The notes: generated from the letters alone by a model not told the origin. A DNA stretch of 64,000 nucleotides from an uncultured Candidatus Saccharibacteria bacterium (GCA_964357615.1 CAYHMC010000002.1:71481-135480), one strand, 5' to 3'; shown: positions 39,937-49,867, numbered from the stretch's first letter. Program-made: numbers and translations.

Positions 39937-40010
39937 TGGGCCCTGGAGGATTCGAACCTCCGACCATCCGGTTATGAGCCGGACGCTCTAACCAGCTGAG
40001 CTAAGGGCCC
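39937..40010 (-). tRNA. tRNA-Met(CAT), elongator-type (or Ile2 lysidine-type)
   Basis: Cloverleaf by hand: GGGCCCT acceptor, anticodon loop CTCATAA, T-arm GGAGGTTCGAATCCTCC, discriminator A. No encoded CCA. Confidence 0.85.
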
Positions 40011-40019
40011 AAGGTGAAA

Positions 40020-40092
40020 TGAGCTCGACAGGATTCGAACCTGCGACCCGCGGATTAGAAATCCGCTGCTCTATCCTCTGAGCTACGAGCCC
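40020..40092 (-). tRNA. tRNA-Arg(TCT)
   Basis: GGGCTCG acceptor, anticodon stem GCGGA/TCCGC with loop TTTCTAA, T-loop TTCGAAT. Confidence 0.85.
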
Positions 40093-40101
40093 AAAGTGGA
40101 A

Positions 40102-40184
40102 TGCCGGGAGGGGGACTCGAACCCCCACCCCCTTGCGAGAACCGGATTTTAAGTCCAGCGCGTCTGCCATTCCGCCATCCCGGC
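40102..40184 (-). tRNA. tRNA-Leu(TAA)
   Basis: GCCGGGA acceptor, anticodon loop CTTAAAA, long variable arm, T-arm GGGGGTTCGAGTCCCCC. Confidence 0.85.
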
Positions 40185-40198
40185 AAAGCCTTGCTTTG

Positions 40199-40615
40199 CT
40201 ATACCGAAGGAAGAAACCTCTGTCTGGCAGTCCTCAGGTAAGCAATGGAGCTGTAAGTCAGACTGCGAATCTGGTGCGGGTGAAGCAACTCGTTCACCAC
40301 CATGCAACAGATGTGCTCGACATTCTCGCGAGCCTTGAATCTCTTCTTGCCCGCGATAGAAGACTTGAGTTGAATCGGAATCTCGCCAACATCGGTCAAA
40401 ACAAATGCATCGATTCCGTCCAGATCTTCTTCTGTCGTAGACCTTCTCACACCCAAAAACCACTTGGGCGGATGAAAATCTTCGACAAAGGCGTCGAAAA
40501 ATCTTTGTTCGTTCGTCTCCCCTCTCTCGTCTCTGATTTGGCGGAGTAGGCTTCGGATGTGGCGAACTTCGTCGCTGTGATCTTCGCCACTTGGGCCCCA
40601 CTTATGCTTTGGCAC
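40199..40615 (-). CDS. Small Mrr_cat/PD-(D/E)xK-like restriction-endonuclease-domain protein in GC-rich (~50% GC) foreign segment
   Basis: GIDAFVL...EIPIQLKSS resembles Mrr catalytic D...QxK motif. GC far above flanks. Alternative overlapping frames judged less protein-like. Confidence 0.4.
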   Translation of the reverse strand: MPKHKWGPSGEDHSDEVRHIRSLLRQIRDERGETNEQRFFDAFVEDFHPPKWFLGVRRSTTEEDLDGIDAFVLTDVGEIPIQLKSSIAGKKRFKARENVEHICCMVVNELLHPHQIRSLTYSSIAYLRTARQRFLPSV

Positions 40616-40685
40616 TAGAGAATACCCCCTGTTTAGATTTACTACCTGTGATTATAGCACTAAATGGGAATTTGTCAATAGTACA

Positions 40686-41444
40686 TTAGAGCCAGCCAAT
40701 TATGACTTTTTTTGTATCCTCAGGTCCTTTTACTGCAATTGTCTCAATTCCTGTTTCTATAACTGCATGGTCGTTTCCCCCTGGATAAAGCGCATCTCCA
40801 ATAAAAACCATTTCGTTAATTGGTATTTTTAAAAGTTTTTCGATTTGTCTTACACCGTACGCTTTATTAATGCCCTTCTTAGTTATATCAACAGAAGTGA
40901 GCCCTCCAGTTCTTACTTCAAACTCTGGAATTAAATCCCTCATTATCGATGCTATTTTTTGACGCAATGATTCGTTTTCTAATTTCCACTTTTCTTTTTC
41001 AAAAACTGGAGCTTTTTGACCTAAAGCTGAAAAAGTTATCTGTGTTCCTCGGTCTTCTATAATATCACCATAAACTTTTTCTGGCTGAACGTATCCAGAT
41101 TCCTCAAATGCTTTTTTAAAAGATAATTTTATTCTTTCGCGTTCATCAGGCCGCAAAACATCTGAATATACTTCTACCCAAATTCCATTGTGACATCTAT
41201 AAAAGCGAGTAGCGGTTGTGGGAAAAAGATAAAGATTCGAAAGTAAATCTTCACGGCATTGCAGATGACCTAGTAATTGCTCATTAAATTGCTTCCATGA
41301 TCCTCCCCCTATAACTGCAATTTTCTTTTTAGTTAGCAGGCCGCTTATCAAATCGCTCATCTCCTCTTCTATAACTGATTTTGATGCAGCCAAAGTGTCG
41401 TCTAAATCAAAAATTATTATTTTTTTAGATGAAATATCTATCAT
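40686..41444 (-). CDS. HAD-IIB family hydrolase (Cof/phosphomannomutase-like phosphatase)
   Basis: FDLDDTL motif I. C-terminal FIGDALYPGGNDHAV motif IV. Confidence 0.65.
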   Translation of the reverse strand: MIDISSKKIIIFDLDDTLAASKSVIEEEMSDLISGLLTKKKIAVIGGGSWKQFNEQLLGHLQCREDLLSNLYLFPTTATRFYRCHNGIWVEVYSDVLRPDERERIKLSFKKAFEESGYVQPEKVYGDIIEDRGTQITFSALGQKAPVFEKEKWKLENESLRQKIASIMRDLIPEFEVRTGGLTSVDITKKGINKAYGVRQIEKLLKIPINEMVFIGDALYPGGNDHAVIETGIETIAVKGPEDTKKVIIGWL

Positions 41445-41453
41445 GATATCATT

Positions 41454-42038
41454 TTAACAAAGTTCCTCTAGTAATTCATCCCATGATTGTAACTTATTAA
41501 AATCTCCTTTCAAGTCTGTATAAGAATGAAATGGGTCGAATAAATATTTTTTAGGTACGCTTACAAGCTCTGCTATTACGCTAGGCTCATCATCAACATA
41601 ATGTGTAACTCCGATTGCCGATGCTTTTGTGTCTTTGTCTTTTTTTTCAGAAACAAAAAATGTATTTGATACATCAAAATAGTCAGGCCAAAGCCCATGG
41701 AATTTTAATGAAATTAATGCGCAATCAGATGTTTTCCTGCGAGAGATTAAAACAAATGGTATTCCAGTAGACTTGATAAAATGTAAACTTTCTTTTGCGC
41801 GAGGCATAAGCGGAGTCTTTCTTGCTAATTTAGCATCGTCATATAGCGATGTTTGCAAAGCTCGATATGCACCTTGTTCAATCTTAGTTTCCATAATATC
41901 TGACGAAGTTTCTCTAAGCGACAAATTTATACCAATTTTTTCAGCTAAATCTAATTTATTCTTTGAATGGTCCAAAATCACACCATCCAAATCAAGACCC
42001 AATATTATTTTTTTATTTTTAATTTTATTTTTTACCAT
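41454..42038 (-). CDS. HAD-like hydrolase (nucleotidase candidate)
   Basis: LGLDLDGVILD motif I, 194 aa. Confidence 0.55.
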   Translation of the reverse strand: MVKNKIKNKKIILGLDLDGVILDHSKNKLDLAEKIGINLSLRETSSDIMETKIEQGAYRALQTSLYDDAKLARKTPLMPRAKESLHFIKSTGIPFVLISRRKTSDCALISLKFHGLWPDYFDVSNTFFVSEKKDKDTKASAIGVTHYVDDEPSVIAELVSVPKKYLFDPFHSYTDLKGDFNKLQSWDELLEELC

Positions 42039-42174
42039 TAATTAATATTTAAGCTTAAGTTACAAAAAATCTAGTAAAAACACAACTATTGAATCCATAC
42101 AAGTCTTGCGCGGTCTATAACCAATATCATACACTACAGATAGTTTATTTGTACAACAAAAAAGTGAAAACTGA

Positions 42175-42876
42175 ATGGGACATTCACCAGAATGGGAAAT
42201 TGGAAAAGACGAATTCTTAAGACGGCTTGATTTCAGCGATTCTGAATTTCAGAGAAATCTCCATTTACCAAACATTAAAAATATAAAACGAGTGGTGCCA
42301 CTAAGATATTTGCAAAATATTGCAACAGCGCCAGTGCCAATGACAATTGATATGCTCTTGAGATTTATTTCGCATATTAAAACCATGGATGGACAAAATC
42401 CCTTCAAGACACACACGGTTGAGTTAAGTAAGATTGATCCAAAACAGCTAAAGATTGGCCAAAAATTTGTTTACAGAGAAAACTATCAAGATTTATTAGA
42501 AAATCTTACAGGACTTTTTGGACGATTTGCAATTCCGTGTGGAGTATCAGAGCTTGGAGCTTATTTCATTTTTGGTAAGGATAAAGATGGCTTAGATGCG
42601 ATGGCGTGCTATACCCCACCAATTATTGAACAGCATAATTCTAGTCTTATTATTATGGATGGTATTCACCGCAGTTACATCACGAAACAACTTGGCTCAA
42701 CAATAAGCGCGCTAATTGTTAGAGGCGTTGATGTTCCCTTCCCCTGCGGACTACACTCATGGGAAGATATTGGCGTTATTAGCCTTGATGAAAAACCAAA
42801 AAATATTAATGATAGGTATTTTGAACTTGAAAAGGGATTATTTAGAGATTTGAAGTATTTCGGAATTGACGGGTGA
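42175..42876 (+). CDS. Hypothetical protein with ParB/Srx-like (DGQHR-like DGIHR) motif
   Basis: IIMDGIHRSYITKQLG resembles ParB/sulfiredoxin-fold nuclease motif. 10-nt gap to next gene. Confidence 0.45.
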   Translation: MGHSPEWEIGKDEFLRRLDFSDSEFQRNLHLPNIKNIKRVVPLRYLQNIATAPVPMTIDMLLRFISHIKTMDGQNPFKTHTVELSKIDPKQLKIGQKFVYRENYQDLLENLTGLFGRFAIPCGVSELGAYFIFGKDKDGLDAMACYTPPIIEQHNSSLIIMDGIHRSYITKQLGSTISALIVRGVDVPFPCGLHSWEDIGVISLDEKPKNINDRYFELEKGLFRDLKYFGIDG

Positions 42877-42886
42877 GGAGAGAAAA

Positions 42887-43609
42887 ATGACGGAAAGAAA
42901 AATAGAACAACACTTTGAAGATCAAGCTCAAAGAATTCTTGAATACCTAAAAACTAAAATAAGATATGACCACGATTTTATACCGAGACCATTTCTTATT
43001 GAATTTACTGGGTCACCATCATCTGGAAAAACTACTTGCATTACAGAGCTAGATAAATTTCTTAGACGACAAGGCTTCAGAGTACTTAGGCCACAAGAAG
43101 GTGCAGAGGTAATTCGCCACATACCAAGAACTACTCCAGAATATAATATTCGCACAGCGCTTTATGCTCTTTCGATGGTTATAGATTATAGCTATGGACA
43201 CACATATGATGTAGTAATTTTTGACAGAGGACTTTTTGACTCCTATGTCTGGATGGAATACTGGCAAGAAAAAAGCAAATTGAATGAATCTGAAAAAGCT
43301 TTGATTCAATCATTTTTTCTTTCAAAAATCTGGATTCAAAGACTTGATATCGCCTATATCGTGACTTGCGATGCAGAAGTTGCAATGCAACGAGAAATGA
43401 AAATTGCTCTAAGTAGTAAATTAGGAGAAACAAGCAACCCAGAAACTATGCGTACTTTAGCTAAAAGATATGATGATGCATATGCAATACTTAAGCCAGA
43501 TTACAATCAGCTCCAATTAATTAATACTACTAATTTACCAGAAGACGAAATGGTGCAAATGATAGCAAGAAATACCCTCGATATACTCGAAGGAAAAATT
43601 AAACGATAA
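42887..43609 (+). CDS. Deoxynucleoside-kinase-like P-loop kinase
   Basis: Walker A TGSPSSGKTT. DRGLFDSYVW resembles dNK ERS/DRS motif. Strong SD GGTGAGGAGAG before ATG 42887 (TTG at 42866 is alternative start). Confidence 0.55.
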   Translation: MTERKIEQHFEDQAQRILEYLKTKIRYDHDFIPRPFLIEFTGSPSSGKTTCITELDKFLRRQGFRVLRPQEGAEVIRHIPRTTPEYNIRTALYALSMVIDYSYGHTYDVVIFDRGLFDSYVWMEYWQEKSKLNESEKALIQSFFLSKIWIQRLDIAYIVTCDAEVAMQREMKIALSSKLGETSNPETMRTLAKRYDDAYAILKPDYNQLQLINTTNLPEDEMVQMIARNTLDILEGKIKR

Positions 43610-43634
43610 AACCTCGCTATGCGAGGTTTTTTTA
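43608..43634 (+). terminator. Rho-independent terminator
   Basis: AAACCTCGC-TAT-GCGAGGTTT followed by TTTTTT. Confidence 0.6.
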
Positions 43635-43804
43635 TACAAAGGTAATCCTTCACTTAGTTCGGCTTAGTCGACCATGTGTCGTCTTTCTCGCTCAGGATAT
43701 TTTAACCCACTTTGATAACCTCGGGGCAAGCCCCGAGGTATTGTAGGTTAAAATAAATAACTTATATTGAAATAACTCTTTATTTCTCATACAATAAAGT
43801 CATT

Positions 43805-45928
43805 ATGGGGCGCCGAAAAAAAATTGAGGAAGAAGACGAGGAGAGTTGGCTTCAAGGCGAAGTTGGCCATTTTTTTGAACTTCATGCTGACGCTAAAAAA
43901 AGTATTGCAGCAATATTATTTTTTGGCATAGGAATACTTTTGATACTTTCTAGTTTGAGCAAAGCAGGTCCTGCGGGCGACTTTATTTATAATCAGTTTA
44001 GCAATCTTTTTGGATGGGGTTATTTTATAATGCCGACTCTTCTTATTGTCACTGCATTTATTTTTATAATGGCTGACAGAAAACGAGTAGTTGGCGTTAC
44101 AGTTATAGGTTCATTATTTTTATTTATATCTTCTCTCGGAATAATTGATATTATCTCTCCAGCTGACGGTGGTCTTCTTGGTCAAGCAATTGGAACAATT
44201 AAAATTCCTTTCGGCAACACTGCTGCTTTAGTTGTTACGATTTCTATTTTTTTGGCATCAGTTATTGCAACATTTAATACTCCAATAAAACTAAAAAATC
44301 CTTTCAGCTATTTTACCGCAACGCCAGCGCCTGCCCTTACTGCAAATGAAGAAAAGCATATCGAAGAAGCAACAGAAAATTCTTCTGACGAAGATGGTGA
44401 CGACGAAGAAGACGCCGATGACGAAAATGATAAAGAAGAACAAGATGACGAAGAGAAAAATCAAGAAAGTACTTCAATTTTTGGATTTAAGAAAAAAGCC
44501 ATCAAGCTAACTCCTTATGAGGGAGCATATGTATTCCCCCCTCTTTCTCTTTTGAAATCGTCTATAGAAAAACCAACTTCTGGTGACCTTAGAGCAAATG
44601 CAAACATCATAAAAAGAACTCTTGAATCTTTTGGCGTACCAGTAGAAATGGGTGAAATAAGTGTTGGCCCAAAAGTTACCCGATATACCCTAAAACCCGC
44701 AGAGGGAGTAAAAATCGCTCGAATAAATGCATTAAATCAAGATCTTGCGCTTGCGCTCGCCGCACATCCAATTCGTATAGAGGCACCGATACCAGGAAAA
44801 TCATTGGTTGGAATAGAAGTACCAAATAAATCGGCGGCGGTTGTCAGACTTGGAAGCATGGTGAATTATAAAGAATTTATGGAAATTGGCCCCCTATCTT
44901 TTATACTTGGTCGAGATGTAACTGGAAATCCCGTTATGGCTGACATAACAAAAATGCCACACTTGCTAATAGCTGGCGCAACTGGCAGTGGAAAAAGCGT
45001 TGCAATACATTCTTTAATTCTTTCTCTTCTTTATAAAAATTCACCAGAAACTCTCCGCCTTGTAATGATTGATCCAAAACGAGTGGAACTTACTATCTAC
45101 AATGGATTACCCCACTTGGTTTCTGCGGTTGTAACAGACGCTAAAAAAACTACAAATGTTTTTAAGTGGGCAATCAGCGAAATGGAAGATAGATATAAAA
45201 AATTAGAGATTGCCGGAAATCGTGATATAAAAAGTTACAATGCTAATAAAAATAATAAACCACTCCCGTATGTTGTGATATTAATCGACGAGCTAGCAGA
45301 CCTTATGTCGTCTCATGGAAAAGTTATAGAAAGCTCAATAGTTAGAATTGCTCAAATGGCTAGAGCAACGGGCATACACTTAGTACTTGCGACTCAAAGG
45401 CCTTCAGTTGAAGTTATAACGGGGCTAATAAAAGCAAACATTACTTCTCGTATGGCACTTCAAGTTGCAAGTCAAATAGATTCGCGAACTATACTAGACA
45501 CATCTGGCGCAGAAAAACTTTTAGGTGGTGGGGATATGCTTTTTATATCTTCTGATTTTTCAAAACCAAAACGGGTACAGGGCGCCTATGTAAGCGAAGA
45601 TGAAATTAGAGCTGTGGCTGATTTTATAAAAGATAAAAACGAAGGTCTTGCGCCAGAAGAAGACGAAATTGAGTTAAATGCCGAAAAAGAAAAAGGTGAT
45701 ATTTTTGATGACTATGGTGGTGAAGATGGAGAAGACGACGAATTATATGACGAAGCACTCGATTTAGTTCGCAGATCTAAAAAAGCATCTTCTTCGTTGC
45801 TACAGAGACACCTAAAAGTTGGATATGTGCGCGCGGCGCGCTTAATGGATATAATGGAATCTCGTGGAGCCATTGGGCCGGGAGACGGAGCAAAACCAAG
45901 AGAAGTTTTTATTGAAACCGAAGATTAA
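43805..45928 (+). CDS. ftsK: DNA translocase FtsK/SpoIIIE
   Basis: N-terminal TM helices, acidic linker, motor domain GATGSGKS, C-terminal gamma winged helix. Confidence 0.9.
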   Translation: MGRRKKIEEEDEESWLQGEVGHFFELHADAKKSIAAILFFGIGILLILSSLSKAGPAGDFIYNQFSNLFGWGYFIMPTLLIVTAFIFIMADRKRVVGVTVIGSLFLFISSLGIIDIISPADGGLLGQAIGTIKIPFGNTAALVVTISIFLASVIATFNTPIKLKNPFSYFTATPAPALTANEEKHIEEATENSSDEDGDDEEDADDENDKEEQDDEEKNQESTSIFGFKKKAIKLTPYEGAYVFPPLSLLKSSIEKPTSGDLRANANIIKRTLESFGVPVEMGEISVGPKVTRYTLKPAEGVKIARINALNQDLALALAAHPIRIEAPIPGKSLVGIEVPNKSAAVVRLGSMVNYKEFMEIGPLSFILGRDVTGNPVMADITKMPHLLIAGATGSGKSVAIHSLILSLLYKNSPETLRLVMIDPKRVELTIYNGLPHLVSAVVTDAKKTTNVFKWAISEMEDRYKKLEIAGNRDIKSYNANKNNKPLPYVVILIDELADLMSSHGKVIESSIVRIAQMARATGIHLVLATQRPSVEVITGLIKANITSRMALQVASQIDSRTILDTSGAEKLLGGGDMLFISSDFSKPKRVQGAYVSEDEIRAVADFIKDKNEGLAPEEDEIELNAEKEKGDIFDDYGGEDGEDDELYDEALDLVRRSKKASSSLLQRHLKVGYVRAARLMDIMESRGAIGPGDGAKPREVFIETED

Positions 45929-46183
45929 TTCTCTCGAAATCACTACAACTTTATAATTGCAAGAACCTCTCATCAATCATTGCTAATTAGGTAAATTCTA
46001 GCTATAAATCATTATAGGCATAAGCTAATCAAGATTAAGATTCTATTTAAATGAATCCCGTACGAAATAGCGGACGCAAATCAAATTTATTAAAAATACA
46101 AAGATGTTTACAAAAATATTAAAAAATATTAAAAATAATAGTTCACGCCATGCCACAAGCGTTCGCGTCCTATTTCGTACGAG

Positions 46184-46858
46184 ATGAATACAGAAAAAGA
46201 TTTCAAAACACTTTTTAATGAACTTTTACACAATTACGGATTGGGCTTATCTAAACTTGCTGATGCAACCGCGATTCCAGAACGCTTCTTAGAAGCTATG
46301 CGTGCTGGCAATGATTCAATACTCCCACCAGACCCTTATGTTAGAGGCTACTTAGTAAAAATTATAGCTCTTACGGGTGGAAACATCGAAGAATTAATGT
46401 CTGCTTATAAACGCGAAAATTTTAAAAAAACTTCAGGTGCATCTGACAGACTGCCGTTTAATAGATTCTCTTTAAGGAAATTGAGCAAAGGAAGGGTTGC
46501 TCTTGTTTTCATTATTTTATTGATTATTGTATACGGAATAATTCGAAGAGACACCATAATTGGAAATCCAAAATTAGTGGTGCACCTACCAAAAGAAACA
46601 CAAACTTATACCAGCATAAATACCGTACTCATAACTGGCGAAGTAAATACTAGCGATAAACTAACCATAAATGGAGAAAATGTGATTATTCAGTCTGATG
46701 GGACTTTTAGTTCAACTTGGCCACTAACAAATGGCTTAAATAATATTGAAATTAAAGCTAAGCGCTTTTTAGGAAAGGAAGTGATTGAAAATAAAAGTGT
46801 TATATATACACCCACAGAAAACAATAATATCTTTAATAGCTCAAGCACAGTTTTATAG
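46184..46858 (+). CDS. RodZ-like HTH (XRE-type) protein with single TM helix
   Basis: N-terminal HTH LGLSKLADATAIPERFLEAM, then TM segment ALVFIILLIIVYGII. Confidence 0.55.
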   Translation: MNTEKDFKTLFNELLHNYGLGLSKLADATAIPERFLEAMRAGNDSILPPDPYVRGYLVKIIALTGGNIEELMSAYKRENFKKTSGASDRLPFNRFSLRKLSKGRVALVFIILLIIVYGIIRRDTIIGNPKLVVHLPKETQTYTSINTVLITGEVNTSDKLTINGENVIIQSDGTFSSTWPLTNGLNNIEIKAKRFLGKEVIENKSVIYTPTENNNIFNSSSTVL

Positions 46859-47020
46859 ACTTTACATTCACATCAGAGATAGGATATTATAACACCAATA
46901 TTAAAATTCATATTTTTAATCTTCAATTTACAAAATTTTTGATACCATCAATTTTTTTAAAAGAATTGAAAGTTTGGTAATTAAATAGAAATTATAAATT
47001 GTTGATATAAATTAAATCTA

Positions 47021-48055
47021 ATGCCAAAACAAAAAGATAGCGAGATAAGCAAAAAAGCAGAAAAAAATAATTCTGAACAAGATTTAGAAAAGTTGATGAC
47101 TTCGCTTCAAGAAAAATTTGGCGAAGGTTCAATAATGAAACTTGGTGATGTAAGGAAAGTAGACATCGACTCAATTCCAACTGGTTCATTCTCGCTTGAT
47201 CTTGCGCTTGGAATTGGCGGACTTCCAAAGGGAAGAATCATTGAAATTTTTGGTCCAGAGTCTTCTGGAAAAACAACTCTCGCTTTAAATGTTATTGCTC
47301 AAGCACAAAAAAAAGGTGGCAAGACAGCTTTTATAGATGCGGAACATGCTATGGATCCAGAGTACGCTAAAAAACTTGGTGTCAAAGTTAATGATTTACT
47401 AATATCGCAACCGGACAGTGGAGAAGAAGCATTAAATATTTTAGAATCTTTAGTTCGCGCCAACATTATTGATGTTGTAGTTGTAGATTCTGTCGCAGCG
47501 CTTACACCACAAAAAGAAATTGAGGGTGAAATGGGCGCTCAATTTATGGGACTTCAAGCAAGGATGATGTCTCAAGCACTTCGTAAACTCACTGCCATTT
47601 CTGCAAAATCTGGAACTATGGTTATTTTTATAAATCAGCTAAGGGAGAAAATTGGAATTATGTTTGGAAATCCGGAGACTACTCCAGGAGGGAGGGCACT
47701 AAAATTTTATTCATCTGTTAGAATCGATGTCCGCAGGATAGCTTGGGTTAAAAAGGGAGAAGAAGTTATAGGAAGTCGCGTAAAAGTTAAGGTAGTAAAA
47801 AATAAAGTTGCGGCGCCATTCAAAACAGCTGAATTTGATATTTTATTCGGCGATGGCATTTCCTATGAAGGCGATGTTTTAAACGCGGCTATTGAGAAGG
47901 GTGTCGTTACAAAATCTGGCGCGAGCTATTCATACGAAGGAGAAAAACTTGGTCATGGTTTTGATAATGTAATCTCAAAACTCAAAGAAGACAAAAAACT
48001 ACTTGGCGAAATAAAGAAAAAGGCATCCGCTACGAAACCAGAAACAAAGGAATAA
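47021..48055 (+). CDS. recA: Recombinase RecA
   Basis: [19 protein letters not shown] Walker A, L1/L2 loops, full-length 344 aa. Confidence 0.95.
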   Translation: MPKQKDSEISKKAEKNNSEQDLEKLMTSLQEKFGEGSIMKLGDVRKVDIDSIPTGSFSLDLALGIGGLPKGRIIEIFGPESSGKTTLALNVIAQAQKKGGKTAFIDAEHAMDPEYAKKLGVKVNDLLISQPDSGEEALNILESLVRANIIDVVVVDSVAALTPQKEIEGEMGAQFMGLQARMMSQALRKLTAISAKSGTMVIFINQLREKIGIMFGNPETTPGGRALKFYSSVRIDVRRIAWVKKGEEVIGSRVKVKVVKNKVAAPFKTAEFDILFGDGISYEGDVLNAAIEKGVVTKSGASYSYEGEKLGHGFDNVISKLKEDKKLLGEIKKKASATKPETKE

Positions 48056-48088
48056 TATTAAATAGAATTTTCAAAAAAGAACATAATT

Positions 48089-48505
48089 TTGCATTATGTT
48101 CTTTTTTTATATATTCTAAGATTAGCAATCGATAAGAATCTTGGTGCTATAATGCAAATTGTAGAAGGATATGGTTTAAAGGACTTGGTTCACGCAGTAA
48201 GACAAACTAAGTGGACACCCTGCAGTCCAAACGGAGAACATTTTATGGGAATTGATTTTAAGGGTAATCTCTTGGTAAGTGACCCTGATATTATTTTTCC
48301 ACAAAAATATCGCGCTATTTTTCATGAAATTCCAAGGGGGTCTGGTGATGAATTTATTCTAGAAGGATTTCAAATGGAAAACCTTCTGGATTATTTAAAG
48401 CTTAAACAAAATATTCCCATAAGCTTTGGGGATTCCTCGTTCGTTTTGGAATCTAATAATAACATCTATTCAATCGCTTATAGACTTCTTCTAGATAAAA
48501 TCTAA
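48089..48505 (+). CDS. Hypothetical protein downstream of recA (not RecX-like)
   Basis: 138 aa. No recognisable motifs. Real start may be internal Met (MQIVEG). Confidence 0.4.
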   Translation: MHYVLFLYILRLAIDKNLGAIMQIVEGYGLKDLVHAVRQTKWTPCSPNGEHFMGIDFKGNLLVSDPDIIFPQKYRAIFHEIPRGSGDEFILEGFQMENLLDYLKLKQNIPISFGDSSFVLESNNNIYSIAYRLLLDKI

Positions 48506-48528
48506 AAAGGCCAATGGCCTTTTTTCTA
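48505..48528 (+). terminator. Rho-independent terminator
   Basis: AAAAAGGCCAATGGCCTTTTTT. Confidence 0.55.
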
Positions 48529-48841
48529 ATAGATATTTACTCCGCTAGAAATAAAATACCCCGCGGTCTACCGTAAAGATTAATACTCACCCAATCACAC
48601 AACGAACGCAAAATTTAAAACGCATCGCGAGCTTCTAGCGAGATTTACTCTTTAAAATTATTTTCTGATAATTTATAACCAGCGCACCAAATTCCGAATA
48701 ATATTTACAATAACTTTTTATTTTTTTCACGGAAATCGCCTCAACTCGTAAAACTTGAGTTGATTTAGTTTCGGCTTCACACAACTTAATTTTATATCTT
48801 AATCTAGAATTGGTGCGGGGTTTGTGTTTGGTAAACCGCGA

Positions 48842-49663
48842 TCAATCTCTGGGTGATTGAGTTGCAGACAAAACATAAAAATTTTCCAAAAGCTTTGCCA
48901 CTAATATTGGGCCGGTACCCCCTGGAGTTGGGGTATAAGAAATCGATTGTAAATTTTGATTATTAATTAATAATGATGAATCAAAATCTCCTATGCCATT
49001 TTTATAGCCAAAATCAATTATAATTGCTTCGTCTTTTAGCATGTCTGGTTTTACAATTCCGCCACCACCAACTCCCGTAATAATTAAATCAGCCTCGCGA
49101 AGCAATAAAAAATCACTACCTTCGTCAAATAAAATTATTTCTTTAGCCTTGCCTTCGAGCCAAGTTGAAATTGGTTTACCAACCAGAAATCCAAGGCCAA
49201 CAACTGCAACTTTAAAAGTTTGCAGTTCCAAATTTAAAGCTTTTATAATTTCAGCGACCGTAGCCACAGCAGGTGGTAAAACTAAATTTCGTCCTGTATA
49301 AAAAGCGCCGAGCGATCTCTCTCCTAAAACATCAATATCTTTCTCTCTTGGTATAACATTTAAAATATAATGTTTATTTATATGACTTGGAAGTGGAAGT
49401 TGCACTAATACACCACCGCAAGTTTTGTGTTGCGATATTTTTAAAACTTCTCCTCTCAGCTCATCATTTTTTATATTTTCATCAAAATTATATAACCTAA
49501 AATCAATTCCAAGAACTTTTGCTGTTTTTTCTTTTTGTTTTAAAAAACTTATTGAGGAGTGATCTTTGCCAACTAAAATAGCAGCTAGAAACTTTTTGGG
49601 AGTAGGCTTATTCTTAAGACTATTTATTAAATTTTCTGATATTTTTTTTCCGTCGATTATCAT
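48842..49663 (-). CDS. folD: Bifunctional methylenetetrahydrofolate dehydrogenase/cyclohydrolase
   Basis: VVGLGFLVGKP and GVGGGG...TPTPGGTGP motifs. Confidence 0.85.
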   Translation of the reverse strand: MIIDGKKISENLINSLKNKPTPKKFLAAILVGKDHSSISFLKQKEKTAKVLGIDFRLYNFDENIKNDELRGEVLKISQHKTCGGVLVQLPLPSHINKHYILNVIPREKDIDVLGERSLGAFYTGRNLVLPPAVATVAEIIKALNLELQTFKVAVVGLGFLVGKPISTWLEGKAKEIILFDEGSDFLLLREADLIITGVGGGGIVKPDMLKDEAIIIDFGYKNGIGDFDSSLLINNQNLQSISYTPTPGGTGPILVAKLLENFYVLSATQSPRD

Positions 49664-49811
49664 ATTTATTAGTGTCCTGCATCAGGTATTGACTGTCAAG
49701 CAAATAAACTTCGTTAGAAATTCACGCAAGAATTTAAATGCTTAGATTAAATTTTGCATTAGATAACAATCCAGCCTTCGGTAGAGAATTATTATTTCTT
49801 AGGAAATAAAA

Positions 49812-49853
49812 TAGAAAAAAGCCCGCCGTCCGGTATGGTCCGGTACGGCGGGT
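49812..49853 (-). terminator. GC-rich rho-independent terminator for the GC-rich island gene
   Basis: CCCGCCGTCCGG-TATGGT-CCGGTACGGCGGG hairpin then T6 on minus strand. Confidence 0.5.
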
Positions 49854-49867
49854 GTAGATTGAATGCG

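Noticed and set aside
40133-40601. Alternative overlapping ORFs (40133-40549 plus strand, 40149-40601 minus strand) in the GC-rich segment
   Set aside because: The plus-strand ORF starts inside tRNA-Leu. The 150-aa minus frame is Arg-rich and nonsense-like. The 40199-40615 frame reads most protein-like.
46992-47228. 78-aa minus-strand ORF overlapping the recA start
   Set aside because: Antisense to recA 5' end, with no support
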